A stretch of DNA of 64,000 nucleotides from the human T2T-CHM13v2.0 reference genome, Homo sapiens. Below are positions 1 to 13,997 of the stretch, one piece after another. Each line of letters begins with the position of its first letter. Position 1 is the first letter of the stretch. The translations under genes were made by a program, and so were the position numbers. Location: NCBI RefSeq assembly GCF_009914755.1, contig NC_060933.1. One strand, given 5' to 3'. The notes below the pieces were generated by a model. It had not been told where the DNA came from. It did not search any database and saw nothing but the letters and a program-made list of their open reading frames with translations.

Positions 1-679
1 TTTTATTCATAAACCTGTATAATAGTTGGTCAGGTGTTTGGTTTCTTGTGTTTGTATAAAGTGTACACATACATTTCACATTGTCTTCTGTGGCTAGGTT
101 ATAGTTCACAAAAATAAACACCAGTAAGAAACTATCTTCACATTCTCTATTTCTTGTTAATGAATTACACTTCCTCTTTTTATTTACTGACACAGATACA
201 TTCAACCAAGTATCAAATGTTTAATCAAAAAATCCTATTATTAAACTGTATATACATAATAAACCCAATTCTTAAAAATATTCTTGTCTAGAAATAACTG
301 AAAGGAAATACTTTGTAATATTTTTCACATCTCCTATAATGAATATGTATGTCTTTTATAATTGTGAAAAATGATATGTATCTAAAAGTACTAACAAAAA
401 TAACTGTAGTAAGAACTGTAGAGAAAACTGGTTTTAAGAGATTGGAATTTGCTGTCAAAAAGACAAAAAGGAATTTTCCCATCTCACATTGACTCTGAGC
501 TCCCATAGTTGAAAGAAAGATATCACCCAGGAAGAGAACAAGAAAAATAAATATTTTAAAGTAACTCACTGTAAAGAGTTTTTCTCATACATATTGTTGT
601 ATTTCATCAACACCAGAGTTCTCTTAGGTTGGCAGAGCAGAAAATGTACTGATAGGTGATTCGATAAAACTCGTACTTA

Positions 680-890
680 TTGGACCCCTGTTGAGTTCCA
701 GACACATTCCCAGGCTTTGATATTATCTCATTATTCCTCTCAGCAATCCTGGGAAGTAGGTGGCATTTTCCTATTTTATGCATGAAAAAATCGAGGATTA
801 AAGGGGTTAAGAATTGTGCCTTAGGTCACACAGCTGCTAAATAGCAGAGCCAGAATTTGAATCTCAATCTGAAGCCAAATGCCACGCTCC
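680..890 (-). mobile_element. MIR SINE
   Basis: ctattttatgcatgaaaaaatcgagg...aggtcacacagctgctaaatagcagagccagaatttgaa, reverse-orientation MIR core. Confidence 0.75.
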
Positions 891-962
891 TTTCTTAAAG
901 CTCTTCGTTGCGCTACAACCAGAACGAACATGAGCCTTTGGATTCTCAATCTTGTATTTTCT

Positions 963-1096
963 CTACATTGTGCTGACTCCCTGCAGAGCTAAGATAATGC
1001 TCTTAGAAGCATCTTTAATGGTTGTTTTGACACCCTTGTTTAACAGAATTTTCTTCAGACTAAACATTCTTGGCAAGGCAGTGGTTCACCCAAGTG
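963..1096 (-). pseudogene. Putative terminal exon: (T)LG*TTALPRMFSLKKILLNKGVKTTIKDASKSIILALQGVSTM*
   Basis: Acceptor ...AACAAAG|; phase-1 start matches phase-1 end of exon 1693-2083; one internal TGA; TAG at 963-965. Confidence 0.5.
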
Positions 1097-1692
1097 CTTT
1101 GTTAATTTTAAAGTGCAATAAAAAACGGAAGCCCTTATTATGGGGAGGTGGTGCAGTGCAATGGAAGGAACACTTGGCCCAGAGTCCGAAGTTCCGCTTC
1201 AGAATCCCTACTTCTGCCAGCTCACTTGGAATGGCATAGGGTGAATTAACAGCTGAGCTTGTCTGACTGGCCTGCCCACTAGCCATCTTCATATCTCTCT
1301 CCCTTCTTCTCTCCCTTACGGGGTTATGAGTGTAATTGGTGTAATAAATAGCTTTGACTGCATAGGAAACAGATTTATTTTTTTCTTTTCATCACGGCCT
1401 CCTGGTTTGCTCTTTTGAACTTCCTTTTCGTAGCCCTTGATAACACTTGGCATAGGTTCTATAAAGAACTGATAGCTTTTGGTATAAGAACAGTCTCATC
1501 TTGGAATTGTTAATACTGAAATAGGAAAAAGCTTTGATCCAGTCTCAAAACTTTCAGTTTTTATCCATTTCAAGGCTTCTCTCTTTGATACCATTTGGCT
1601 GCTCAACTTCTCCCTTGCCTTTCTGCCCACCCCTCTGAAGGCAGGGATTAGAGAGGAGAACTCAAGGGAAAAGCCAAAGTCTTTTCACTTAC

Positions 1693-2083
1693 TGGGTACC
1701 ATCTTTGGGATGGCATCCTTCTCCTGTGGGCAGCTGTCTGGGTTCTTCGGAATGGTCACTCCCTTCACACGTCCCTCTTGTGAATATGTTTTACAGCTCA
1801 TCTCCTCAGATGCCCTCTTCAGCTTCACATCACTGAGCAACTCCTTGTACTCAATTCTTACGGTTGGAGTCCTCCTGAGGGGGTCATCAACAAGATGGCT
1901 CCAGGCGGGCTCCTTGCTACAGGTCACTTGAGCTCATGAGAAACTCCTGGGTCGTGTCTCGTCAGAAGGTGACGGTGGAGTCTACTCTTCTTCACTCTCA
2001 TTTCATCCTTCATCTTATCTCCAATTACATTTTTTCCTCTCTCTCTTTGTCTCACATAGGACAGAGAAAGCCCAGCAAGTCCA
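1693..2083 (-). pseudogene. Putative exon (GLAGLSLSYVRQRERGK...HDPGVSHEL / ...EPAWSHLVDDPLRRTPTVRIEYKELL...KMVP) with one frameshift near 1930
   Basis: Acceptor CTGCTTCTACAG|, donor CCA|GTAAGT; covered by two abutting track ORFs (1924-2145, 1685-1927) in different frames. Confidence 0.6.
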
Positions 2084-2829
2084 CTGTAGAAGCAGATGCT
2101 CATCAAAATATGAGACACTAACATTACCTTCTTGCCAACCCCCATCTCTACAGGCAGTTCTCCTGCAGACCTCTACCTGGCTTACTTAGAGAGGTGGACC
2201 CTCCTCCACCTGGGAGTACTTGTGCCCTAGTTTCCTGACTCCATTCCCCCCAAATTATTGGTATGTGTCTCTGACAGAGACTTGGAGGGGATGGGCAGTG
2301 ATGGTCACAGGACCAGATTTGCTGCTTTAATAAATACTGCAAGGATATATTTCAGATTTTTAGTGGCTCTCTTTGGAATGAGAAGGTACTTGGCATGTAC
2401 TATTCTCAATTTAGAGATTTTTGCCTCAGTTCTCAGGCAATGACAGAGCCTGATTTACAATTGTGTGACATTAGAATCAACAAATTTTATGAAACAGAGT
2501 AAAAATGCCAGAAAGCCTGTCTATTGCTGGTCACCCAAATGTGATTTTTTCAATAAACATTTATACATTAGGTATTGCAATATGCATTGAAAATACAATG
2601 ATAAATATAGCTGTATGCCTACTTTCAAGAATCCTGGATGAACTATTTCAGGAAACCAATAAAAACATTAAAATTAAGTTGATTGGGATGACTCTAGAAA
2701 TCTACCTAGTTTATATAATAGTAGAGAAGTACACGTTTAGTGGTATTATCAGGGGAAACTATTTTGAGAAATAGTAGTGCTATGAATATTGTTACTACTT
2801 CAAACAATAATGATAATGGAAATAATGAT

Positions 2830-3050
2830 ACTAACATATAGTTATTGAATAATGATCATGTACCAGGAGTGCGTGCTTTACATATAGTATCTTACATTGT
2901 CATCACAATAATCCTGTGAGTTAGGGACTATTATGGTCCTCACTTCACAAATTAGAAAAATAAGGCTTAGTAAAGGTTGAATGTTTTCTCAACATGACAG
3001 ATCTGTTTTCCTACTATCCTTGCACTTTTAACCAGTAGACAATACTGCCT
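2830..3050 (-). mobile_element. MIR SINE (degraded)
   Basis: catcacaataatcctgtgag...ttcacaaattagaaaaataaggcttag. Confidence 0.65.
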
Positions 3051-3919
3051 CCTTGGAACCACAGTTTGCAGGCATATTGTGAGGTAGAATAAATGCTTTC
3101 TGATAGCGGTAGCATTAAAATAAGTAGTACTTAAAAGAAGAGGCTTAATAAAAGATGTTATTCTTCTGGATAGAAGAAGAATGGCTAGAACTGGGTACCA
3201 TCCACCCCTACCGAATCAGGTGAAAGATGAGATTTAGAAGCTAGTCTTCATTTGAGTCTTCTTCTCTACAGGAAAGAAGCATTTGGGTTCCAGACATTTG
3301 CCTTCCATTGTCTGCTTCCTGTACATTCAAACCTGCTGACAGAGTGGCATATTTGGAAGCTGAGTTTCTGCTCTTCCTGAACTTTACAAAATGTAAGGTT
3401 GCCAGTTACTATAAGTTGAAAATAGCACCAGTATTTAGCCAAGAGTTTTCAGAGTTGGAAAGAGACTCTTGGAGTATTTTTTTTTAAGAGCAAATGAAAA
3501 AAGCTAGGATTTTTAATAACGCCTAATAGTAAATAGAACAAAAGAAGTAAGACACGCGTTTTAAAACACACACACATGCAATGTTAAATTTTATGAATAG
3601 TCTCTGTTTTCTTAGCTCACTGAAAATGATTTCCCAGAACCTTTGAAAGAGAGCATAGGTACTAAATCTGATTTCCTTGAAATCCTTTTCACTTGAAATT
3701 TTATGAAGGTGCTTTATGCAGTACTGAATAAGTTGAGTCTTCTAAAAGAGTAGGTTCCGTAGCAGAAGGAATGTTGTCAGAGTTGCAAATGGTGGATGTT
3801 CAAGCATTATCACTGCCAAAAATTTAATGTAACGATTTAAACTAGCACAGACCCAAAGGCCAAACATCGAATGAAATTGGGCTGTGAATCCTGTCTCCTG
3901 GAAGAAATGCTTCCATAGA

Positions 3920-4085
3920 TTCGTAGAATGCTAAAGCTGCAAAGGAATTTAGGATTCCACTACTTTAATCTTTTGCTTTACAGGTGAGGAAACTGAGTTA
4001 GAGAGAAGCTAGCATAATCGCACAAAGACAGGTTGTTTGTGACAGAAGCATGAAAAGAACCAGGATCTCATAACTCCTAGTACAT
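3920..4085 (-). mobile_element. MIR-family SINE
   Basis: tttacaggtgaggaaactgag core. Confidence 0.7.
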
Positions 4086-4429
4086 CATCAACCCAGAAGA
4101 CAGCTCTTTAGCCATTTCAACAGGTGTTGATGTGGATGAACATGATGTCATACTACAGTGATGACATAAACATATTTTGTTCTAGTAACTGTACAGCAAT
4201 GTAAAGAGTTTTTAAAAATTCTTTGCAAGACTATATTGCAAAGGTGAAATGTTTTTTCCTGTATTTGTCTTATTTGCTAATAAATATTAGCCTAGTGAGC
4301 ATTATCAGTGTTTAGCTGATTTTTAAATTTTAACCACACCCAGTGAGAAAAAGCCTATTGATCTTGAAATGACATAATGACGTTTGAAATGAGAATATCA
4401 TTCAAGAGTTATAATCTGGCATGAAACTA

Positions 4430-4880
4430 CAAAGGATTTATCATACAAGAGCTTATACTTCTTACAGAGTAACAAGTGTACAGTTTATGGCTGGTGCACC
4501 AGCTCCCTGATGATATCAACACACTCCTTCCACCCTTTGTAACCACCATTCAAAAAGTGTGGCTTGTGATCGTGACCTCACTTCCAGTCTCTTCTTTGCA
4601 TTCCCAGGAGGTGGAAGGAGAAAACAATAAAGAACAAGAGACAGAGTTGAGGCATTATTTCAGAAAGTGAAGCTTACCCTACAATCTCCTTTTTATTTCT
4701 GCTTTTAACACATTGGCCAGACTGTGTCTCATGAACAGCCCTGTGAACAAGGGAATCTGGGAAGTATAGGTTTTTGGCAGAGCATCTTACTGCCTTTTCT
4801 CTCCCAGTATTATGATTTAGTTATTAAAAAGAAGGAGAAAATGGATATGTGGCAGGCAACCAGCCATAATTACCACAAAG
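4430..4880. mobile_element. Old MaLR (MLT1-like) LTR remnant
   Basis: cattggccagactgtgtctcatg...aagggaatctgggaagtatagg motif. Confidence 0.5.
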
Positions 4881-5093
4881 AGAAGCAAATATGGAAAAGA
4901 CACTAACCCAAGGTTGAAGAGACCTGTGTAATATTAGTCCCAGACTCCTAGATTTCAGTTACCTGGCTTTGCATTATTGGACTCATTGCTGAACCCCACT
5001 AAATACTTTTTCTCTCATTTTAAAGTGTGATGATCAGATTAAGAATAATTACAAGGTAACTTTAAGAGCTAAAAATGCAGATTTCTGTTACAT

Positions 5094-5720
5094 AGAGCTG
5101 TGCAGTCCAATATAATACCCACTAGACACATGTGGCTATTAAAAGGTGGCAAGGCTGAATGGAAATGTTCTGTAAACTTAAACACTTGATACTGAAGACT
5201 TAGCTGACAAAAATAATATAAACTATCTCACTACTAATTTTTTCTATCAATTACATGTTGAAATAGTATTTTTGATATATTGGGTTAGATAAAATATATT
5301 ACTAAAATTAATTTCACCTGCTTTTAATTTTTTTTAATTGTGGCTCCTAGAGAATTAAAATTACATATGTAAGCCAGGTGTGGTGGCCTGTGCCTGTAAT
5401 CCCAGCTACTTGGGAGGCTGAGGCAGGAGGACTACTTAAAGGCAAGAGTTCAAGACCAGCTTGGGCAACATAGCAAGACCCCATCTCTCATTTTTTTTTT
5501 TTTTAATTAGCCATGTGTAGTGGTATGGACCTGTAGTTCCAGATATTTGGGAAGCTGAGGTAGGAGGATTGCTTGAGCTTGGGAGTTTGAGGCTGCTGTG
5601 AGCCATGATCACACCACTGCACGTTAGCCTGGGTGACGTAACAAGACCCTGTCTCTAAAAAAGAAAAGAAAAAATAAACTAGATGTGTAGCCTATGTTAT
5701 ATTTCTGTTTGACAATATTG
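5094..5720. mobile_element. MER33-like hAT MITE split by an Alu
   Basis: gctgtgcagtccaat...cacatgtggctatt...aaaattaatttcacctg; resumes after the Alu. Confidence 0.7.
5372..5678 (+). mobile_element. AluJ
   Basis: Dimeric Alu with J-type features (gcaacatagcaagacc, aggattgcttgagc); linker is T-rich. Confidence 0.9.
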
Positions 5721-6164
5721 ACACACAGAAGAGTGCATCTGGCTTTTAGAAACACTTCTTCGATTTATATCATTCTACAAATTCTTGCAGATTACCTTCG
5801 TACTACTGAGTAATTAAGGCCAAGGTAAAACTACTATTAAGAATGTTCGGGGAAAATGGTACCATGCATACTGGCTTGCAAATCATTTTCCAAGAAATTC
5901 ACTGGAATAACAAAAAAATGATTTTAAAAGAAAAAATGACGATCAACCATGGAAAAACGTAACCATGTAATAGAAAGGAAGAATTTCAGCTGGTTATAGT
6001 GAGAGTACAACCAGACTGAAGGTAACGATCAAGTCAGAACTGCCATTTTCAAGGACGCTTGGCAGTATTACAGGACGGAAGGAAAGAATAGCCTGGCAAA
6101 CAATACCAAAGTCTAAGATTTCAAGAGTAAGGTAAAAAGGGAGCAAGGAGAAATATTAATAATA

Positions 6165-6559
6165 ACTTTTATATAGGGAAACAGTGGGAGAGTCAGCCTC
6201 TGGACATTCACACTGTCTGTGAATCTTGGTGCCTGTGGAAGGTATGACTCAATGGCCCATCTGCATCTTCGTTCCGGAAGGCTTTCCCTTAACCAGGGAA
6301 TGTCACTCTGCCCTTGCACCACAGGCCTCAAAGACCAGTGAGGAAAACCCCCAGGCGCTGGCATCATCACTGAATGACAAAAGTTGGTGTTTAAATGTTT
6401 AATCCGGCTTCTTTTTCACTTGGCTGATTGTCTCTGAGGGTGCATTTTAAACTGGATTCTGGACTTTTCCTGGAGGAATTTGGTTCTAGTCACTCCTGGT
6501 GGAACTTTCTTGATAAGACATCTGTGTTGACTCTCTTCATTTCCCACCTCCCCAATAAT
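6165..6559 (-). pseudogene. Putative exon IIGEVGNEESQHRCLIKKVPPG...SAK*KRSRIKHL...WAIESYLPQAPRF (donor not resolved)
   Basis: Acceptor CTTTCTGTAG|; phase 0 matches exon 9039-9185; frame runs to 6113 with a single internal TGA. Confidence 0.5.
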
Positions 6560-6739
6560 CTACAGAAAGTGACTCTCACTTTCCCACCTCCCCACTAATC
6601 TACAGAAAGAAGAATAGTGGGTGCCTAGGGATGGGAGAAGGGGCAGGATAGGGGGTAATTGCTAAAGGCTACTAGGTTCCTTTAGCTTGAGATTTTTGCT
6701 TTCTGGATTTTGTTTTTGTTTTTGTTTTTTGGAGGGGGA

Positions 6740-7035
<296 letters not shown>

Positions 7036-7529
7036 CCTTTGTGGGATGATAAAAATATTTTAGTTAAATAGTAGTGACAGTTGCACAATTCTGTAAATAT
7101 GCTAAAAGTCATTGAACTGTACAGACTGTGGATTGTATCTCAATTAAGCTGTAGGGGGAGAATGCTGACCTGGTGGTTGTGCATGACTGGAAAAAGAATC
7201 GTGGTTGCAAAAGTATTGGAAATATGAACAATTATGAATATTATAGTCACATAAAAGGAAATAAATATTATTAACTTTGACAAGGAGAAAATACTGAATG
7301 ATGAAATAAGAAAGAAGGGAGAGAAAAATAAGATGTAGGGTGTATGTGCTAATTTCCCAATTTTTCGTGGCAAGAACTAATCTTTAACCTGTCTAAAAAC
7401 AAAAAATTAAAAAATTCATGATATGACTCCATCCTCATTGTTTTTGATAATTACTTTTCTTAATCTTATGGAGATGTTTTTGGGAACTCATAGTGATAAA
7501 AATATTTTTGAGAATTTAACCCACTTTGA

Positions 7530-7841
7530 TTTTTTTAATTTAATTTTTTTTTTTTTTTTGAGATGGAGTCTCACCCTATCACCTAAGCTGAAGTGCGTTG
7601 GCATGATCTCGGTTCACTGCAACCTCCACCTCCTAGGTTCAAGCCATTCCTCTGCCTCAGCCTCCTGAGTAGCTGGGATTACAGGCATGCACCACCATGC
7701 CTGGCTAATTTTGGTATTCTTAGCAGAGACAGGGTGTTGCTATGTTGGCCAGGTTGGTCTTGAACTCCTGACCTCAAGTGATTCACCTGCCTTGGCCTCC
7801 GGAAGTGCTGGGATTACAGGCGTGAGCCACTGCACCTAGCC
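7530..7841 (-). mobile_element. AluS (Sx/Sz-like)
   Basis: Poly-T then reverse Alu; degenerate TSD ttaacccacttt / ttaacacacttt. Confidence 0.9.
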
Positions 7842-8288
7842 TTAACACACTTTTAATTGGGTTTTTTCTTCCATTATATTTTAGGAAAATTAAATTTAAT
7901 AGAAATTATTTTAAAAAATACTACACATAGAATAACCTTATATTTGCAAAACTCTGTCCTCTTGTTCATCTTTCTCTAGAATCATATGGCAAGTAGTTAC
8001 TGAATTATTATTTTGTGACATATTCACTACTATGTGAACTTATATTTTGCAAAACGCTGTCTCTCCTCCTGTTCATCTTTCTCTAGAATCATATGGGGAC
8101 ATATTGAGGATGATAGCCACTTAACATTAAACATGGTAATTACCAAGAGGTTGGATTATTGGTAAATTTCTTAATCTATGCTTTGTCATTTTCTGCACTG
8201 ATTAAATTTATCATGAGTTTGCAATTGTCAAAAAACTAATCAAGTTGAATTTAATATGTATATGTAAATAAAAATATATAATAACGCT

Positions 8289-8603
<315 letters not shown>

Positions 8604-9038
8604 TCATTATTTTCTTGGAATTGTAGATAAATGGTTAAAGGTAAAAACATTGGAGGACAAGCAATAGCTCAATTGTGCTCCCAGAAGCAACATGGTTGGG
8701 GTATGGGTGCACCTCCAGAGGGCAGGAGCCCACAGGTAGGACGAGAGCTCATCTGTAAGGCACATTACTGATGCAAAGAAGAGTGTCCACCAGAAGTCCC
8801 TGAGAGTGGGTGGCTAAGATGATCTCTATAGAACACAAACACACTCAGGGTCAAAAGAGTGATCTTTTAGTGATCTTCAGCAACAGAAGCCTGTCAAAAG
8901 AAAAGACAGAACCATAAACACAAAGACTTCTTTTTTCTTTCCCCCTCTCTCCCACCTCCTTTCCTGTCCCCTTTCCTCCCTGTTCCTCCCTCCTTATCCA
9001 CTGAATCTCACTTACTATTCTTCTCTTCCCACACTCAC

Positions 9039-9185
9039 CTCAAAAGAGCTCTCCCTCTCTCTCTGGATCTCCTGGGATAATGTCTCCCATGAATTTATGC
9101 TTTTATCAAGGCTTGAAAAGGGTCTGTCCTCAAACATCTTCTGATTTAGACTGTTCAGCTGCCCTCGAATCAGAGAAGCTCTTGA
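9039..9185 (-). pseudogene. Exon SRASLIRGQLNSLNQKMFEDRPFSSLDKSINSWETLSQEIQRERESSFE (147 nt, phase 0-0, open)
   Basis: Acceptor TTTTTTCCTTTATCAAAG|, consensus donor GAG|GTGAGT, no stops. Confidence 0.7.
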
Positions 9186-11264
9186 CTTTGATAAAGGAAA
9201 AAATGCATAGAACACTTAATCTTCCTTATTTATTTTTCATAGTAGTGAATATGTCACAAAATAATAATTCAGTAATTACTTGCCACAGAGATTAAGATTT
9301 TCTCCTTTGGGAGTCAAATAATTTTCATTCAGATTTAATTTAATTTAAAATATAGGTAACCCAACAGATTCAGTGGTTTCTACTTTTTAAAGTTTTGTTG
9401 AAATTGTAATTCTCTCTTTCTCTCCCTCTGTGAAGGATGTATGTGTTTGTGCAATGAAGATATGTGGTAGTTTTATTTTGTGTTCGTTTTCCTGTAGCAA
9501 GTAAAACCTAGGAGTGTTGAAGGGGTGATAATATTATTCAGACAACAGGAAACTATCCCTTCTGAACTCAGAGCAAACTCATCTTGTCTTCATCTAGGGC
9601 AATGCTCTCCTTTGTGACTTTCTTGAGTTTCCTTCTGAATTCTCCTTTTGTGAAAGGAAAAAATAAAATCTAAACTAGGTCAATACACAGTGAGTATGAA
9701 CAAAATACCCACACCAAGGTCTCTATTTGATTGTCCACCTGTTTTGCTTGTCACTCAAAGTAAAAGAAACATCGTGATAATGGGTGCATGGTATAGAACA
9801 AATATCTAGTAAAAAGTACTGGGTATGGTGAAACAAACAAGTCACAGAATGGTACCCTGCTATCAATTGTAGGTGCACAGGTGTACCCTGCTATCAATTG
9901 CATCCAACTGACAGGCTGTGGAGAAGACTAGAACATAATATGCAAAATGGAGACAGCAATTGTGATGAGGAGTTAAAATTATAGTAGATAATTACCCCTA
10001 GTTCTCAATTTTTTTGTAATGTTATGACAGAAAGAAGGCAGAGAAGAAAGATTAAGATCTTTAGAGCCTTGTCCCATGTTGTAACTCTGGCCTTCCACAT
10101 CCATAGCTGGTTTAGCTTCTCCGAGCTTTGTTTTATATTCTGTAAATCTGGAAAAGTAGCAAAAATATTGCATAGCTCTTATGAAGATGAGAAATCAAAA
10201 TAAAGTATTATGTATGCCTAGAAGATATTGTCTAAGAAATAAAAATATATCTGTATTGATATTATAATTAGTATATACTACTATAAATAAATTTTGTGTA
10301 TAAAAAATACACAAAATGTTTGATGCAAGTGTCTCATGTGAACTCTGCAGAAGAAAAAGTTTCTGCCAGAACTCCATTAGAAAACAAGAGAAAGCTTGTC
10401 ATGTTAGTTAAGAATTCAGACAAAATCTAAAAAGCGTTCCTTTCTCTATCAAATCTGCAAATTGTACTGAGCACAGCTACATAACAAGCATGTACTTGAT
10501 GGCATATGGCATGCTAAGACAGATAAAGCACAGCCCCTGGCTTCCAATAGTTCACTGTCTAGTGAGGCATGCACGTTTGTTCACAAATAACCACAGGACA
10601 AAGAAGGAAATGACTACAAAGGAGAACTAAGATTTATTGACTTTTTACCTCGTGTCACACATTCTGTTAAGCAATTTACATAGAAGTATATATGATTATC
10701 TCCAATTTACCAAGGCCCAAGAAAGGCTAGGTAAATTCTGTAAGGCCACTTAGGTAGAGAACAGCGGTGCTAGAGCTAACACTGAAGAAACTGAGGTCAA
10801 AGACGGACTTCTTTCATACAAGGGTAGAGGACAGAGAGATTAATTCTGTCTTGGGGAAGACAGGGTAGGAAAGAGAACACTGGGGAGAGAAGCCTTTTAG
10901 CCGGATCATTGAAGAATGAGTGGGATTTTGATAATAATGACTTCCATTGCAAGTGGAAGGAATAGCGGGAAGAGAGGCAGGGAGGTGTGAGGTTGCAGAG
11001 TGCAGCTGATATCCACCACCAGAACCTGGGGTGGTGGCATTCATGCAAGGAGAGTATGGGGGTGAAACTGACCCCGTAAATTATAAGCAGTGTCATGTGA
11101 ATCAAATAATACATTTTATTACTGAAGGAACAATCAGAAGTAATGGACTACTCTTGGAAACAGTCTACATCTTTCACAACTAAAATAAAATTTAGAAATT
11201 CAATCTGTAGAATGACAAGATGAGAAGAAATAAAGGAAATAACTTCATCTCTGAGAAAAAAGGG

Positions 11265-11267
<3 letters not shown>

Positions 11268-11322
<55 letters not shown>

Positions 11323-11335
11323 CACACATATATAT
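11268..11335. repeat. (TA)n microsatellite
   Basis: Directly visible. Confidence 0.95.
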
Positions 11336-11421
11336 TTAAAAACCCTTAAGTACAAGAGCATTTACTCTGAATTTTTCAAAATAGAAACCCATATCCCCGA
11401 AAGATATATTTATTTCTTGGT

Positions 11422-12176
<755 letters not shown>

Positions 12177-13704
12177 ATGGGCAGTTGAAAATCTTAAGTA
12201 ACTCATAACAAAATAAATTTGGTCATAATATGGCAGTTTTAGCCCATTTTAGTAGACGTTAGAAACCTTAGAGGTCATGGACTTTATGAAGACAGGTGCT
12301 ACAAAGCTCCAAACAGCTGTCTGTTGGAAACAGCACAAAAACATGGATTCAGTAAATAAAGTTTACTCATTTTTTTGTATGCTAGACCTTCTTCATTTGT
12401 TCTGTAATAGTAGACTCTATAATCAGCTAAAAGTAAGAGAAAAACTAGTTACCTACCTCTCTCTTTCTCTACCTCCCTTTCCCACATATGTCCATCCCCT
12501 CATCCATCTATCTATCTACCCATTCTTTCATCTCTCATCCAGTCATTCATTTACAGAACATAGAATTAAATCAGAATATGACAGGGACACTGAATCTACA
12601 GACATCCATGAAATAGTCAATAGAGTCATGGCCGGGAGAAAAGAAAATCACTTTAAAGAAAGACTTCAACTAACCAGAAATTAGACACATTTGTCTCACA
12701 TAGGTTCTCATGCTGAGAAAGTTTATTTGTCAATATAGCTGAAGAAATTATAGGCATATCCATGTGGAAAAGGGCCTGAAGGGGAAAAAAACAATAACCC
12801 AGGCATTCTGTAAGGAGAACTATGCCAAACAGAAGAGCTTCAAAGTCCTGTGAAACTCTGAAACTCTTGGGCTAGAATTCTATGTCTCACCAACTTTCTT
12901 TCACTTCAGCTGCCAGTCCCTCTTCTCTCCCAGCTACGAATTCACAGTCAGGCAGTGTCAGTATATGCGGTGTGTTGCAGTGAAAATGCAAACACATTTT
13001 CTATAATGAACATATGGGAGACTCCAGTTGAAAAGAGTTCCGATTCTATCCCAAGCATGTTATTGGCTATGACTGCAGGGAAGCAGGCAGCAGACGGAAC
13101 CAGGAAGCATGAAGGCAAGAAAGGAAGGATGTGTGCTTGACTGCTGTTTCAGGATCCTGAGTCCTGCCATGCCATGCTGCAGCCTCTTTCCAAAATCGAA
13201 CTGCCTTGCTGGGTGTCTTTCTGGGTATTTAATATGTATCTTTCATTCTACAGCCCATGGCCTTACATAAGGGGAAAAAACTCTAACATAAATTGTATGT
13301 GCCTTGAAATTTGTATCTAGGTATCAGTATTTTTTAATTTTTTTAAATATGAAAAAATTAGGTATTCCAAAATTGAAGTAAATATACAAGTAACTTTGCA
13401 TATTTATATGTAGGCAAACAATTGTTAATATTTTTATATTTTTCCTTCATATGTGCATTCTTTATGTGCATAAATATAAGCATGTGCATATATACATATA
13501 TGTACACATTTTTATATATGTATAAAACCATATTAATATAGTACACTTTATCGTTAAAGGCAAGGACATTCTGATACATAATCTCTATATAGCCATGGGT
13601 ATTTTTGAAAAGCTTTATCATGCCTTGCTATCAGTTTCACCAGGGTTATACAGATTCAAAATGACAATAAATTAAAATTATTTCTCTCCCCCAAATCAAA
13701 TTAC

Positions 13705-13997
13705 TTGTTTAAATGTCAACTCAAGAATGTTTCCTTCAAGATCCATCTTTTCCTTTTGATGCGGAAGAAGACCTCTATCTATACAGATGTGTCAGTGGTG
13801 AGCACAACCATGGGAAATGCTGTGAGTCAAATAAATAGCATTACTGTTGACTGCACAGAGATAACTAAAGGTCATAGAAGAAGCTGTCAGTTTGGTACGT
13901 CAGAAAACTGCAACCATCTACTTGGTCAAGGATATTACATCCAAATAAAATTGCACCTGCTAATATGTAATAATTTCTCTTCCAGCAATGAGGTATC
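13705..13997 (-). pseudogene. Putative exon, C-terminal part of an RGS-like domain (NYYILAGAILFGCNILDQ...CYLFDSQHFPWLCSPLTHLY / DRGLLPHQKEKMDLEGNILELTFKQ)
   Basis: Acceptor TTCTGTTTCACTGCAG|, donor CAA|GTAATT; phase-2 start matches preceding exon; needs one net frameshift. Confidence 0.55.

Noticed and set aside
288-569. Hydrophobic 93-aa minus-strand ORF starting at an acceptor-like site
   Set aside because: Hydrophobicity follows from T-richness; no phase-compatible donor from the preceding exon and no recognisable motif
3281-3298. IWVPDI resembles the Cys-loop receptor loop-A motif
   Set aside because: Only six residues; flanks do not resemble a Cys-loop receptor and there are no partner exons on the plus strand
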